Below are positions 18,400-28,804 of a DNA stretch of 64,000 nt, piece after piece. The DNA is from Candidatus Hadarchaeota archaeon. Lineage in GTDB: Archaea > CAYQAE01 > CAYVLA01. The notes below the pieces were generated by a model. The model was not told where the DNA came from. It made no database searches and saw nothing but the letters and a program-made list of their open reading frames with translations. Within the stretch, counting starts at the first letter, position 1; each line of letters starts with the position of its first letter. Where the stretch lies: assembly GCA_964621445.1 (NCBI GenBank), contig CAZUNO010000005.1:57338-121337 (forward strand), given 5' to 3'. The position numbers and the translations under genes were made by a program.

Positions 18400-21273
18400 T
18401 TGACCGATCCGAAAGAATTAGAGCACAAATGGCAGAAACGCTGGAAGAAAAATGGGGTCTATGAGGTCGATATGGCCGAGGGTCCAAAGATCTTCGTCAC
18501 GGCGGCCTACCCCTACCCAAATGGATTGATGCACCTAGGTCACCTTGGAACCTACCTACCCGCCGATTTCTACGCCAGGTACCACAGGATGAAGGGTTAC
18601 CAGGTCCTCTTCCCCATGGGGTTTCACGTCACCGGGCCGGCGACCACCGGATTCGCCAGGGCTATCCAGAAGGGGGACCAGGACGTAATCGAGGACTATC
18701 ATACCGTACACCGGGTTAGTTACGAGGATATCGAGAGCTTCAAGGACCCCGAAAACATAGTGGAGTATTTCAGCGAGAGGATACGGGCTGACTTCCAGAA
18801 TATTGGCCTATCCATAGACTGGCGTCGAAGCTTCATGACCAAGGACCAGCCATATGTCAAATTCATCACCTGGCAATTCAACAAGCTCAACCAGGACGGC
18901 CACCTCACCAAGGGAAAGCACCCCGTAATCTGGTGTGAGTCCTGTGGCAACGCCGTGGGCGAGGCCGATAGGGTGGTTGGGGACGAGGCGGAGATACAGG
19001 AGTTCTTCGTGATAAAATTCAAGCTGGAGGACGGCAAGATCCTGCCTGCTGCCACGCTAAGACCCGAAACGGTCTTTGGGGTAACCAACATTTGGCTGGA
19101 CCCGGACGGGGACTACCGGGAGGTAGAGGTGGATGGGGAACGCTGGATCGTGGGGAAGGAGGCCCTCCCCAAACTCAACAGGCAGAAGGAATCGGTAGAG
19201 GACCTAGGAGGCTTTGACCAGTCCACCCTTTTCGGCGAGTACTGCAAGAGCCAGCTGACCGATGACCGGGTCCCCATACTACCGGCCACCTTCGTGGATA
19301 CCGGTAATGCCACCGGTGTGGTGATGAGCGTTCCCGCCCACGCCCCCCTCGACTACCAGGCCATAGAAGATCTCAAAAGCGATCCTGAAAAGCTCGAGGA
19401 CCTTGACGAGTCCATTCTTGATGACCTGGAACCCATAAGCCTCATTAAAGTGGAGGGTCTATCGAAATTCCCGGCCATAGAGGTTGTCCAGGAGATGGGC
19501 ATATCCTCTCAGGATGAGGTCGAGGAGCTAGAGAAGGCCACCCAAAGGGTCTACAAGCGGGAGTTTTACGAGGGCGTACTGAGGCCAAACACCGGTCGTT
19601 ACGCGGGACAAACAGTGTCTGAATCGAAGGAGATACTATCCAAGGACTTCATATCCCAGGGTTTCGCCGACCTCATGTACGAACTCTCCGAGAGGGTGGT
19701 TTGCAGATGTCGAACCCCTTGTCACGTCAAGGTAGTCAAGGACCAGTGGTTCATCGACTACGGAGACCCGTCCTGGAAGGAGGACACCAGAGAGTTACTG
19801 GACCGTATGAGGGTGGTGCCTGAAAAGGTGAGGGCCAGCTTTGAGTACTACATTAACTGGATGAGGGAGAAGCCATGTGCACGCAAGATCGGGTTCGGGA
19901 CCCCCTTCATTCTGGACCCGGAATGGATCGTGGAGCCGCTTTCGGATAGTACCATCTACATGGCCTACTACACCATCGCTCGTCTCATCAACCAGGAGGA
20001 GATCCCGCCCTCAAAATTGACCAACGAACTCTTCGACTACGTGTTCCTGGATATAGGAGATGAAGGCTCGGTTTCCACCTCCACCGGACTTGAACCCTCT
20101 CTGATAGAGGACCTTAGAGAGGAATTCAAAAGCTGGTATCCTAACGATATGAGATTCGTTGGACCTGACCTGGTGGGAAATCACGCCACCTTTTTCCTCT
20201 TCAATCACTCTGCCATATTTCCCCGCAAGCTATGGCCCGAAGGCGTAGCTGCCAGCGGCGTGGTGCTTTCCGAGGGCCAGAAGATGAGCAAATCCAAGGG
20301 AAATTCCATCCCTATAGCTGATTCCCTTGATGAATGGGGAGCTGATGTGGTCAGGTTATGGTTTGCAGCCTGTGCCGAGTTCGGTCAGGACATAAACTAC
20401 GAGGTCAACGTGCGAAAATCCATATTGAAGAGGCTGGAATGGTTCGATAAGAGCATTTCTGAGATACTGGAAGGCCCTAAAAATAAGCGTGAAGAAAGAA
20501 TAATCGACACCTGGCTCCTCAACCGGATGAACAAGCGGATTTCCCTGGTAGAGGAACACATCCTGAATATATCTCCCAGAAAGGCTATCCAAGAACTCAT
20601 GTTTGACACCTACAATGACATACAATATTACCTCAAGAGATGTGGAGGAGATCCCGACAGGGGACTTTTAACCAGGACCTATGATATATGGGTAAGAATG
20701 ATGGCTCCCTTCGCCCCCCACCTCTGCGAGGAGATGTGGGAGAGGCTAGGGCACGAGCCTTTTGTGGTCCTCGAGACCTGGCCCCAGCCCGAGAATGTCC
20801 AGAAAGGTGAACAAGCGGAACTATCGGAACAGCTTATAAGCAATACCCTGGAGGACGTAAAAGAGATACTGTCGGCCACGGGTTCCCAGTACTCAAAACT
20901 CAACCTCTATGTGGCCCCGGAGTGGAAGAAATCTCTCTATAGTAGGGAAATCGAGGCCTCGATGGAGGGTAAGGATATGTCAGACGTCATATCGGAGGCC
21001 ATGAAGGATCAAAAAATCCGGCAAAACGTGAAACGTGCGGTTAAATTCATTCAAAATACCTACAGTGATCTTTCCAGAATGCCGCGAGACCAGCTGCAGA
21101 GCCTGGCCAACGCCGATATGGACGAGGGCAAGGTTCTTTCGGAGGCAGCCAAATTCATCTCCCGGGAAACGGGGATGGAGGTATCGGTCCAGCGTGCCGA
21201 GGACCCTGACCACGACCCGCAGGGAAAGGCCGACCGGGCAACCCCGTATAGACCAGCAATATACCTCGAGTAG
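18400..21273 (+). CDS. leuS: Leucine--tRNA ligase (archaeal type)
   Basis: PYPNGLMHLGH (HIGH), ATLRPETVFG and ATGVVMSVPAHAP editing motifs, KMSKSKGN, C-terminal A.P.RPAIYLE. Confidence 0.97.
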   Translation: MTDPKELEHKWQKRWKKNGVYEVDMAEGPKIFVTAAYPYPNGLMHLGHLGTYLPADFYARYHRMKGYQVLFPMGFHVTGPATTGFARAIQKGDQDVIEDYHTVHRVSYEDIESFKDPENIVEYFSERIRADFQNIGLSIDWRRSFMTKDQPYVKFITWQFNKLNQDGHLTKGKHPVIWCESCGNAVGEADRVVGDEAEIQEFFVIKFKLEDGKILPAATLRPETVFGVTNIWLDPDGDYREVEVDGERWIVGKEALPKLNRQKESVEDLGGFDQSTLFGEYCKSQLTDDRVPILPATFVDTGNATGVVMSVPAHAPLDYQAIEDLKSDPEKLEDLDESILDDLEPISLIKVEGLSKFPAIEVVQEMGISSQDEVEELEKATQRVYKREFYEGVLRPNTGRYAGQTVSESKEILSKDFISQGFADLMYELSERVVCRCRTPCHVKVVKDQWFIDYGDPSWKEDTRELLDRMRVVPEKVRASFEYYINWMREKPCARKIGFGTPFILDPEWIVEPLSDSTIYMAYYTIARLINQEEIPPSKLTNELFDYVFLDIGDEGSVSTSTGLEPSLIEDLREEFKSWYPNDMRFVGPDLVGNHATFFLFNHSAIFPRKLWPEGVAASGVVLSEGQKMSKSKGNSIPIADSLDEWGADVVRLWFAACAEFGQDINYEVNVRKSILKRLEWFDKSISEILEGPKNKREERIIDTWLLNRMNKRISLVEEHILNISPRKAIQELMFDTYNDIQYYLKRCGGDPDRGLLTRTYDIWVRMMAPFAPHLCEEMWERLGHEPFVVLETWPQPENVQKGEQAELSEQLISNTLEDVKEILSATGSQYSKLNLYVAPEWKKSLYSREIEASMEGKDMSDVISEAMKDQKIRQNVKRAVKFIQNTYSDLSRMPRDQLQSLANADMDEGKVLSEAAKFISRETGMEVSVQRAEDPDHDPQGKADRATPYRPAIYLE

Positions 21274-21281
21274 GTGGAAAA

Positions 21282-22742
21282 TTGTATCTTATCCTTGGAT
21301 GCGGCAGAACCGGATATGTCCTGGCGGATTCACTCAAACGTAAGGGAAACCAGGTATGCATCGTGGATAAGGACCGGAAGCTGGTTAATTTCCTAAGGAA
21401 GAGCGGCTTCAGGGTGCTAAAGAAGGATATCTCAAAGCCCTGGAAATTCGAGGGGGTGGTCAAGCAGGCCATAGTCACATTCATTCTCACCAGCGACTTT
21501 GAGGATAACATGGAGGCCTTAAGGTACATCCAGAAGGTAAACCCCACCTGCAGGACCTTTGTCTCCGTCCCCGACGATATGGGGGAACATGACCGGAAGA
21601 AGATAGAGGCCGATCGTGCCTTCTCCCCGGAATCCATAGTGGGGAATGACCTGTTGGAGGACCTTGTGGACGAGGGACTACTCGAAATCGATAAGAGTAT
21701 GAGGAAGGCCCGGGATCTCGAAAGCCTCATCAAGGAGTCCTTCTCCGAGGAAATGCTCATAGTGATGCATAATGACCCGGACCCGGATTGCATCGCCAGC
21801 GCCATAGCCATGCAGCGAATAGCGGCACACTACGGGAAGAGAGGGGTCATAACCTACCGCGGGGAGATAGGCCACAGGGAAAATAGGGCCATGGTCAACC
21901 TGCTGGATACCAAGATATACAAGACCGATGAGTTGGATAAGCCAATCGGGGACTTCACACTGGTGGCCCTGGTTGATTCAGCACTGCCCTCAACCAACAA
22001 CCCCCTTCCACCGGACTTCAGGCCCGAGATAATAGTGGATCACCACGACGTTAGCGTTGACTTGATAAAGAGCGATTTCCTGGACGTGAGGCCCCAAATA
22101 GGATCCTCGTCCACCATAATGAACGAGTACCTTGACCTACTTCGCATACCAATCACCCCGTCCCTGGCCTCAGCCCTTCTACAGGGAGTAATGACCGATA
22201 CCGCTGATCTCACCATGCGTGCCCACGAAAAGGACGTGGAGACGGTCAGCAAACTATGGGCCAAGGCCGACCACGACATGCTGCTGAAGATAAAGAGCCC
22301 CGACATGTCCAACGAGGCGGTTGAGGTTCTGGGCCGGGCGGTGAAGAACAAGCATATACGAGGAGCCTACCTCATCTCCAACGTGGGATATGTCAAGGAC
22401 AAGGAATCCATCCCCCAGGCGGCCGATCTCCTGGTCATGCTGGAGGGCATAAACACGGTTCTGGTGTTCGGAGTGGTGGGAGAGGACGTGGTCATATCGG
22501 GCAGGAACCGGGATGTAGGCCTAAATATGGGAGAGATAATGAGAAAGGCCTTTGGAAAGGACGGACCGGCCGGAGGTAGAGTGACCTCTGGAGCGGCCCG
22601 TATTCCCATGGGACTATTCAAGGACCTCTCCTCCGAAAAGGACGTCCTCATAGAGATGATGGAGGCCTCGATCGCCTCCAGGTTTTTCGAGCAGTTGAAC
22701 CTGGAGCCGCCGGTGCCTAGTAAGGAAAGTCCTTCAAACTGA
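21282..22742 (+). CDS. TrkA-N (NAD-binding) + DHH-family phosphoesterase
   Basis: ILGCGRTG Rossmann motif, HNDPDPD, IVDHH, TDT and DHHA1 SGRN...AGG motifs. Confidence 0.88.
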   Translation: MYLILGCGRTGYVLADSLKRKGNQVCIVDKDRKLVNFLRKSGFRVLKKDISKPWKFEGVVKQAIVTFILTSDFEDNMEALRYIQKVNPTCRTFVSVPDDMGEHDRKKIEADRAFSPESIVGNDLLEDLVDEGLLEIDKSMRKARDLESLIKESFSEEMLIVMHNDPDPDCIASAIAMQRIAAHYGKRGVITYRGEIGHRENRAMVNLLDTKIYKTDELDKPIGDFTLVALVDSALPSTNNPLPPDFRPEIIVDHHDVSVDLIKSDFLDVRPQIGSSSTIMNEYLDLLRIPITPSLASALLQGVMTDTADLTMRAHEKDVETVSKLWAKADHDMLLKIKSPDMSNEAVEVLGRAVKNKHIRGAYLISNVGYVKDKESIPQAADLLVMLEGINTVLVFGVVGEDVVISGRNRDVGLNMGEIMRKAFGKDGPAGGRVTSGAARIPMGLFKDLSSEKDVLIEMMEASIASRFFEQLNLEPPVPSKESPSN

Positions 22743-23064
22743 CCATGTAGGTCCTCCCCAGCTTCTTCCTCTCCACAATATTCCGGCTCTCCAACTTCTT
22801 CAACACCCTGGTAACCTTTGGCTTAGAGAAATCCAGCATTTTGGATATGAACCTCTGCTTAACGGTTCTCTTTTCCAGGAGCAGCTTCACTAATCTCCGT
22901 TCATCCTTGGAGAGCAGGGAAAGTAGCAGGTGGGTGAACCGATCCATCGGTGCTATGTCAACCACGATCTTGGCCTTCCGGTGCTTAACGATCTCATCGG
23001 TATCGATGAGGGCGTGGATCTCCACCTCATCGTTGTAGGAGCCAGTCGATTTTCCATCAAACAT
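22717..23064 (-). CDS. MarR-like winged-HTH domain protein
   Basis: LSKDERRLVKLL....QRFISKMLDFSKPKVTRVLKKLESRNIVERKKLGRT pattern. Confidence 0.75.
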   Translation of the reverse strand: MFDGKSTGSYNDEVEIHALIDTDEIVKHRKAKIVVDIAPMDRFTHLLLSLLSKDERRLVKLLLEKRTVKQRFISKMLDFSKPKVTRVLKKLESRNIVERKKLGRTYMVSLKDFPY

Positions 23065-23163
23065 GTTTCCACGCAGTAAAGGGGTTTGAAATGAAAGAAA
23101 AAGATTTTTGCCTCCGATGGGAAATATTTTCCGGGGTGGAAAATCACTTTCCCATATCCGGAA

Positions 23164-24180
23164 TCAATTGGCCCGGGATCCGTAATCCCGAATGGCCCTG
23201 ACCATGGCCAGGTAGTTCTCATCAGGAATGAAGTCCATGGGGCTGGTGTTACAGGCAGCAACATACCTCCCCTTCCGGCTTCCAACCCTCAACATCCTGT
23301 GCGTTTCCTCACGTATCTCGGCGGGTGTATGGCTGGAAAGAAACCCGATATCCATATTTCCCGCCAGCACTATCCGGTCCCCGAACCTCTCCACGAGGTC
23401 ACCAAGGTCATTAGCCATCTTCTCACACCCATGCACCATGGAGAAACCATTCTCCACCAGCATGGGTATCACGTCATCCAGCTTTCCATCGGTGTGGAAG
23501 GTGTATGGTACGCCGATCTTGGCCAGCCGTTCAACCGTAATCCTGGTCCTCTCGAACACCAGGTCCCGGAACATCCGGGGGTTGACCATGAGCCCGGTTC
23601 TATAGGAACAATCACCGTCAAATAACACCACATCCGGTTTAACCTCCCTTATAATCGAGTCTATGGCCAGCCTGTTTCTTTCCTCCACCATCTCAAATGC
23701 CCGATCCACGAATTCGAAGTCCCGATATACCTTGACCGAGAACCTCTTCAAACCCATGGAGGTGGCTATGAGATGAAAACACCAGGGAAGGATTACCCAG
23801 GAGATCAGGCCCGCGTCCCTTATCAGCCCCTGTTCACGCTTCCATCTTTCTATCACCGGTTCCCAGTCGGGGATCTCCCTCTTCTCCAATTGCTCCAGAC
23901 TCTCAAGCCCCCCTCCGGAGTACCGGCTAACCCCGGCGCTGGTATCGTCCCGCTTGCCGAAGCCCAGGTTGATATCCACGCCTCCCAGATTAACTATGGC
24001 CAGGTCAAGGTCCTTGGCCATCTCGATCCTATTCTCGACCCGGGAAAAATCACCATACCTTCTCTGGAAGAATTCACGCATGGAGAACCATACCTCCCAG
24101 AAAGGCGGTGAATATACCCTCTTCCCCTGCAACAGGTCCAGTAGCTTGCGGCTCTCATCCATTAGGTCCAAGATAAACAT
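23164..24180 (-). CDS. Uroporphyrinogen decarboxylase/methylcobamide methyltransferase-fold protein
   Basis: GD.SYRTGLMVNP..F, FHTDG, GNMD and .P.ENY.AM motifs; start taken at ATG 24180 (ORF track start 24261 is probably too far upstream). Confidence 0.8.
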   Translation of the reverse strand: MFILDLMDESRKLLDLLQGKRVYSPPFWEVWFSMREFFQRRYGDFSRVENRIEMAKDLDLAIVNLGGVDINLGFGKRDDTSAGVSRYSGGGLESLEQLEKREIPDWEPVIERWKREQGLIRDAGLISWVILPWCFHLIATSMGLKRFSVKVYRDFEFVDRAFEMVEERNRLAIDSIIREVKPDVVLFDGDCSYRTGLMVNPRMFRDLVFERTRITVERLAKIGVPYTFHTDGKLDDVIPMLVENGFSMVHGCEKMANDLGDLVERFGDRIVLAGNMDIGFLSSHTPAEIREETHRMLRVGSRKGRYVAACNTSPMDFIPDENYLAMVRAIRDYGSRAN

Positions 24181-24306
24181 CGCCGGTTTACCCTCCGTGA
24201 TCTTAAACCAGAAGAATAATGTTCCCCCACGCTCGGAAAAGCTATTTGAGTTAGACCCCACTCATTCTGCCCTCGTTGCCCCGAAGGCTGAGGATATGTG
24301 ATTAGG

Positions 24307-27300
24307 ATGAGCAAATTAGAACTTCATGATTTCCAGCAAAGGATATCGGAGTACCGCCAAACATCCAATTGGAAAACCAGATTGGGGGAGTTACCGGAGG
24401 CCAAGGACCCGGATTACGATGACTCGGGATGGGAGACATGTAATCCCGGAACTAGCTGGGACAGAAGCGTAGGGGAGAGATGGATTCGCCGGACGATCAC
24501 CGTTCCGGAGAAGCTCTTCGGAATCGATCTCACCGGTGGAAAAATTGACTTCAGAATTATGGCCTTGGCCGAAATCCAGCTCTTCCTTGACGGGAAATAC
24601 CTGGACGGGGCTAGCTACTGGTTCGACGGGCTCTATAACCTAACATCCAGGGCCAATCCAGGCGAGAAACATGTCATAGCCCTCTGCATACCCCAGGGAT
24701 CAACCAGCGGTAGATTCAATGCCGCTAGACTCTACGTGCAGCCAATCGAGGATGCCCTTTTACAGCTACGGTTGGTGGATGCCCGGTCCAGGCTAATCCA
24801 TTCCCTGGCCGATCGAGGCCACCTGGATAGCCAACTTCCTGGGGTTAATATCGCCAGGAGAGGTCTTTTCCTGGAGGAAGGTCTACAGGAGGACCTGGAA
24901 AGGGCCTTGACCCAGGCCCACGAGTTCGACCAGGAAATCGTTCCGGCCGCAAAGCCCCTGGAGGAGCTAACCACATTCCTGGTTGGCCACGCCCATATAG
25001 ATATGAACTGGCTATGGGATTTCGAGGATACCATAGATATCTGCCGCAGAACCTTCCTCTCAGTTGACCATTTGATGGACGAGTTCCCGGAGTTCGTGTT
25101 CTCCCAGAGCCAGGGTGCAATCTACAGCCTGATGCAGGATCATGAACCGGAGGTCTTTGAACGGATTAAACGCAGGGTCAAGGAAGGTAGGTGGGATGTA
25201 ACGGCCTCTACCTGGGTAGAGGGAGACCTAAACATGGCCAGCGGTGAAAGCCTGGTCCGTCAGACAACCCATGCCCTTAGATACCTGAAGCGGGAGTTCG
25301 ACGTCCAGCCTAAGATTTGCTGGTGCCCGGATACCTTCGGTCACTGCTGGACCTACCCCCAGATTCTATCGAAATGTGGGGTCGAGTATTACTATGCCCA
25401 CAGATGCACCCGAGAACCGGGCGAACACATGTTTCAATGGGAGGCGCCCGACGGCTCGCGGGTTCTGGTGTTTAACGAGGGAGCCACCTACAATAACCAG
25501 ATCAAACCTGACCTCGTGTCCTCCCTGCCAAAGATGGTGAGCAACTTCTCGGTTCCCGCACACCTGGTTGTATTCGGGGTGGGAGACCACGGCGGGGGAC
25601 CAACACGGATGGATCTCAGGAAGGCCAGCATTCTGGACTCGGAGCCCGGATTTCCAAGTTTTCGGAATTCCCAGGCCCAGGATTTCTACATCGCCGCCCA
25701 GGCCTCGGAGAAGCTCCCGGTGATCAGGGACGAGCTCAACTTCGTCTTCCGGGGATGCTATACTACCCACGCCGACATCAAGTTGATGAACAGGCGGGGA
25801 GAGTCCATGCTCTTCGCCGCCGAGGTGCTCTCCTCCCTGGCCTCGATATCAGGGCAGGAATATCCCAGGAGCCAGCTCGAGACCGCCTGGGAGAACGTGC
25901 TATTCAACCAGTTCCACGACCTCCTTGACGGTTCTGCAATAAAGGAGGCCTACGAGCATTCGGAGAGGATTTTCGAGGAGGCCGAGTCAATCTGCCGGGA
26001 TATAGAGGAGCGTTCCCTCAGGACCCTTACCGGTAGCCCGGGAAAGGTGGGCAACGAAATTTGCATATTCAACCCCCTCGGATGGCGGAGGAGAGAGGTA
26101 ATCAGCGCCCCTCTACCGGCCGGGGAAAATGACTACGTGGTCATTGACCCCCAGGAACGGATCCAGGCAAGCCAGAGGGTAGGGGACGAGGTGCTGTTCA
26201 CGGCCGACCTTCCCTCCGTGGGGTATTCGACCTACACCATTACTACTGGCACCCGAGTTGGCCCCGTCCAGGAGAGACAGATCAAGGTGGTCCCCCCGGG
26301 AGAGGGGAGGGACTCCCATTCCTTGGAGAATCGTTTCTTCAAGGTGGAGATAGAGGCCAACAGCGGCACGATTAAATCGCTTTTTGATAAGCGCCTGGAA
26401 AGAGAGCTAATCTCGATCCCTGAAAGTGCCAATATGTTCCAGCTGTGTTACGAAAAGCCGCATGGCATGTCGGCCTGGAGAATAGGGCCCATTAGCAAGG
26501 TGGAAAACCTGACCGGGGATGCCAGGACCGAGGTTTCCCTTTCCGGACCGGTGAAGGCAACGGTAACAGTGGACATGGAGTTCTCAAAATCCACCCTGCG
26601 GCAGGAGATATCGATATACAGGGATATACCTCGAATTGACTTCCGCACGGAGGTCGACTGGCAGGAAATCGGGGGCCCAGAGGTGGATTCCCCGATGCTT
26701 AAGGTCGCCTTCCCATGGGCGCACGTCTCTGCCAACTGCATAAGGGAGATACCCTTCGGACATATCTCCTCCCCGGCTGACGGGCAGGAGGTTCCCTCCC
26801 TCACCTTCCTTGAGCTCCCTGGCGATGGATTCGGCATCTCGGTTCTCAATGACGGAAAATATGGACACGACGTGAAGGGGAACACCGTTCGTTTGACCCT
26901 TCTCCGGGCAGCATACGACCCGGACCCCGAGCCCGACCTGGGTAGTCACCATTTTACCTACTCCATAGTTCCCCATGCCGGGGACTGGAAAAGTTCCGAG
27001 GTCTGGAAAAGGGGGCACGAGCTCAATACACCCTGCCGGATTATCCCTGCTACGCCTCCCCGCCCCAGGAACTCCTGGCTATCCCTGGGATCAAAGGGTG
27101 TGGATGTCGCGGCCATAAAGAGGGCCGAGGACGACCTAGGCCTGGTGGTCAGGCTGGTAGAAATGCAAGGAAAGGAGACCAGAACCTCCCTGAGGGTAGG
27201 GTGGCCGGTGGAACAGGCCCAGAAATGTGACCTAATGGAGAGGGAAATTAGCGATCCCCTGGAGGTCCAATCAGGCGAGGTTGAAATAGAATTGAGTCCC

Positions 27301-27330
27301 TACGAGATATCCACATGGAGACTTACCTAG
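24307..27330 (+). CDS. GH38 alpha-mannosidase with N-terminal sugar-binding-like domain
   Basis: HAHIDMNWLW (Zn), SGESLVRQ, WCPDTFGH (nucleophile), GDHGGGPT, HRG-like FRGCYTTH, QFHDLLDGS; no signal peptide. Confidence 0.93.
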   Translation: MSKLELHDFQQRISEYRQTSNWKTRLGELPEAKDPDYDDSGWETCNPGTSWDRSVGERWIRRTITVPEKLFGIDLTGGKIDFRIMALAEIQLFLDGKYLDGASYWFDGLYNLTSRANPGEKHVIALCIPQGSTSGRFNAARLYVQPIEDALLQLRLVDARSRLIHSLADRGHLDSQLPGVNIARRGLFLEEGLQEDLERALTQAHEFDQEIVPAAKPLEELTTFLVGHAHIDMNWLWDFEDTIDICRRTFLSVDHLMDEFPEFVFSQSQGAIYSLMQDHEPEVFERIKRRVKEGRWDVTASTWVEGDLNMASGESLVRQTTHALRYLKREFDVQPKICWCPDTFGHCWTYPQILSKCGVEYYYAHRCTREPGEHMFQWEAPDGSRVLVFNEGATYNNQIKPDLVSSLPKMVSNFSVPAHLVVFGVGDHGGGPTRMDLRKASILDSEPGFPSFRNSQAQDFYIAAQASEKLPVIRDELNFVFRGCYTTHADIKLMNRRGESMLFAAEVLSSLASISGQEYPRSQLETAWENVLFNQFHDLLDGSAIKEAYEHSERIFEEAESICRDIEERSLRTLTGSPGKVGNEICIFNPLGWRRREVISAPLPAGENDYVVIDPQERIQASQRVGDEVLFTADLPSVGYSTYTITTGTRVGPVQERQIKVVPPGEGRDSHSLENRFFKVEIEANSGTIKSLFDKRLERELISIPESANMFQLCYEKPHGMSAWRIGPISKVENLTGDARTEVSLSGPVKATVTVDMEFSKSTLRQEISIYRDIPRIDFRTEVDWQEIGGPEVDSPMLKVAFPWAHVSANCIREIPFGHISSPADGQEVPSLTFLELPGDGFGISVLNDGKYGHDVKGNTVRLTLLRAAYDPDPEPDLGSHHFTYSIVPHAGDWKSSEVWKRGHELNTPCRIIPATPPRPRNSWLSLGSKGVDVAAIKRAEDDLGLVVRLVEMQGKETRTSLRVGWPVEQAQKCDLMEREISDPLEVQSGEVEIELSPYEISTWRLT

Positions 27331-28370
27331 GCAACCTGCAACCAGCGATCGAGCCAGGGGATTGACTTTGTGCCCTTGAAGGCGTGCCCACCCCGGAACT
27401 CGTGTTTATCCAGGCCTTCCAACGCCCCAGCGGCGCGGTAAACCCTCTCAATTCTCTCATACCCGTCTCTAAATTCCTCTTCCGGCAGCAGGGGGTCCGA
27501 GGCCCCCCTCTCGATAAACAGGGGCCTAGGTGCGATTAGGCCCATGACCTCCGGTATGTCCCCCCATTCCAGGATCCCGGGAACCACCTGCGAGCCGCAG
27601 CTACCCACCGAGATGATCCTCTCCGCATACAGATTCAGGGCGCCGGAAATCACAACCGCCTTTATCCTGTCATCCAGGGCCGAGGTAAAGGTGGCAACTC
27701 TACCGCCGTAACTCAAACCGACCATTCCCAGCCGTTGGGGGTCCACCTCAGGTCTATTTTCGAGGTAATCCAGACCGAGAAACGCATCCACCACGTCAAG
27801 GGTGAGCATGTTGTAACCAAGCCAGGAGGCCATGCTCTGGCACACATTGCAGGGATCACGGCTAAACGAGGAACGATCTAAACGCTCCCCGAAGGCCCAC
27901 CAGTCCGGTGCAAGGGTGACATATCCCTTGAGGGCCAGGGAACGTGCATAATCATAGTTATGTTCGTCTATCACCCTTTTCCCGGCCTCCCCACCGGTAA
28001 TCCCAACCACGGCATTTTTCCCTAGATTCCCCTCACTGTGCCCGTGGGCACACAGGACGCCTGGTTTTTGGTGACTCTCATCCGCTACATCTGGTAGGAG
28101 GAGATAGGCTGGGACCCGTGGACCGAAACCCGAGCTATAGACCAATTTAACCATCGTGAACCCCTCCATCTCCGTCTCCTCAATTACTTGCGACCTCATC
28201 GCTTTTCTCGGGGGCTTCATGCCCATCAGTTCTCGGAGTTTGGCCTCCCAGCTAGCCCTCCATTCCTTCCAATCCCCGCGTCCGTGTCCATTAAACTTCA
28301 TTTTCAACGGGGCAGAAGCGGCCATGTTTGCCAACCATTCCAGTGTCGACGAGGGTTTCTCCATCTCCAT
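27327..28370 (-). CDS. Alpha/beta hydrolase (dienelactone hydrolase/carbohydrate esterase-like)
   Basis: VPAYLL.P, CAHGH, APD...FGER, nucleophile elbow GLSYGG, LIAPRPL, D and GGH.F triad residues. Confidence 0.85.
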   Translation of the reverse strand: MEMEKPSSTLEWLANMAASAPLKMKFNGHGRGDWKEWRASWEAKLRELMGMKPPRKAMRSQVIEETEMEGFTMVKLVYSSGFGPRVPAYLLLPDVADESHQKPGVLCAHGHSEGNLGKNAVVGITGGEAGKRVIDEHNYDYARSLALKGYVTLAPDWWAFGERLDRSSFSRDPCNVCQSMASWLGYNMLTLDVVDAFLGLDYLENRPEVDPQRLGMVGLSYGGRVATFTSALDDRIKAVVISGALNLYAERIISVGSCGSQVVPGILEWGDIPEVMGLIAPRPLFIERGASDPLLPEEEFRDGYERIERVYRAAGALEGLDKHEFRGGHAFKGTKSIPWLDRWLQVA

Positions 28371-28469
28371 TAACCCGAAAAGGTGTTAACCAAGGTTCTA
28401 AATAACTGGCTTGGGCCTCCTGGCGGGAGGAAGGAAAGATAAGATGGTATTTCAGGGCTAACAGGAGCG

Positions 28470-28787
28470 TTGAAAGATGAAGTTTGCTTGCTTCCCCCTG
28501 CATGTCTTGAACAGATCCTCAGCCCAGGGGAGATGGAGACCTTCCAGTACGTGAATTACCACCGGTACGCACCCGGAGAGATACATGAAGACCATAGTCA
28601 TGATGATCGGGATGAGTTATTCATCTGCACCGGTGGAAGCGGGCTGGTAACCGGTGACCGGGAGAGAAGAATAGGCGAGGGAGAGGTGATCATCGTCCCC
28701 TCGGGAGAGGTACACGGATTCGTTTCCGACCAACATCGGCCGCTGGAATACATCTACATAGCCTGCAAGTTACCTGGGGAAAGGTAG
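28470..28787 (+). CDS. Cupin domain protein
   Basis: HSHDDRDELF...G.G...GE....P.GEVHG cupin motifs 1 and 2. Confidence 0.85.
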   Translation: MKDEVCLLPPACLEQILSPGEMETFQYVNYHRYAPGEIHEDHSHDDRDELFICTGGSGLVTGDRERRIGEGEVIIVPSGEVHGFVSDQHRPLEYIYIACKLPGER

Positions 28788-28804
28788 CGATGAACCGGGG
28801 ATGG

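Noticed and set aside
23164-24261. Calling the UroD-fold gene hemE
   Set aside because: Lacks the N-terminal RQAGR motif of true uroporphyrinogen decarboxylase; the context is carbohydrate-related.
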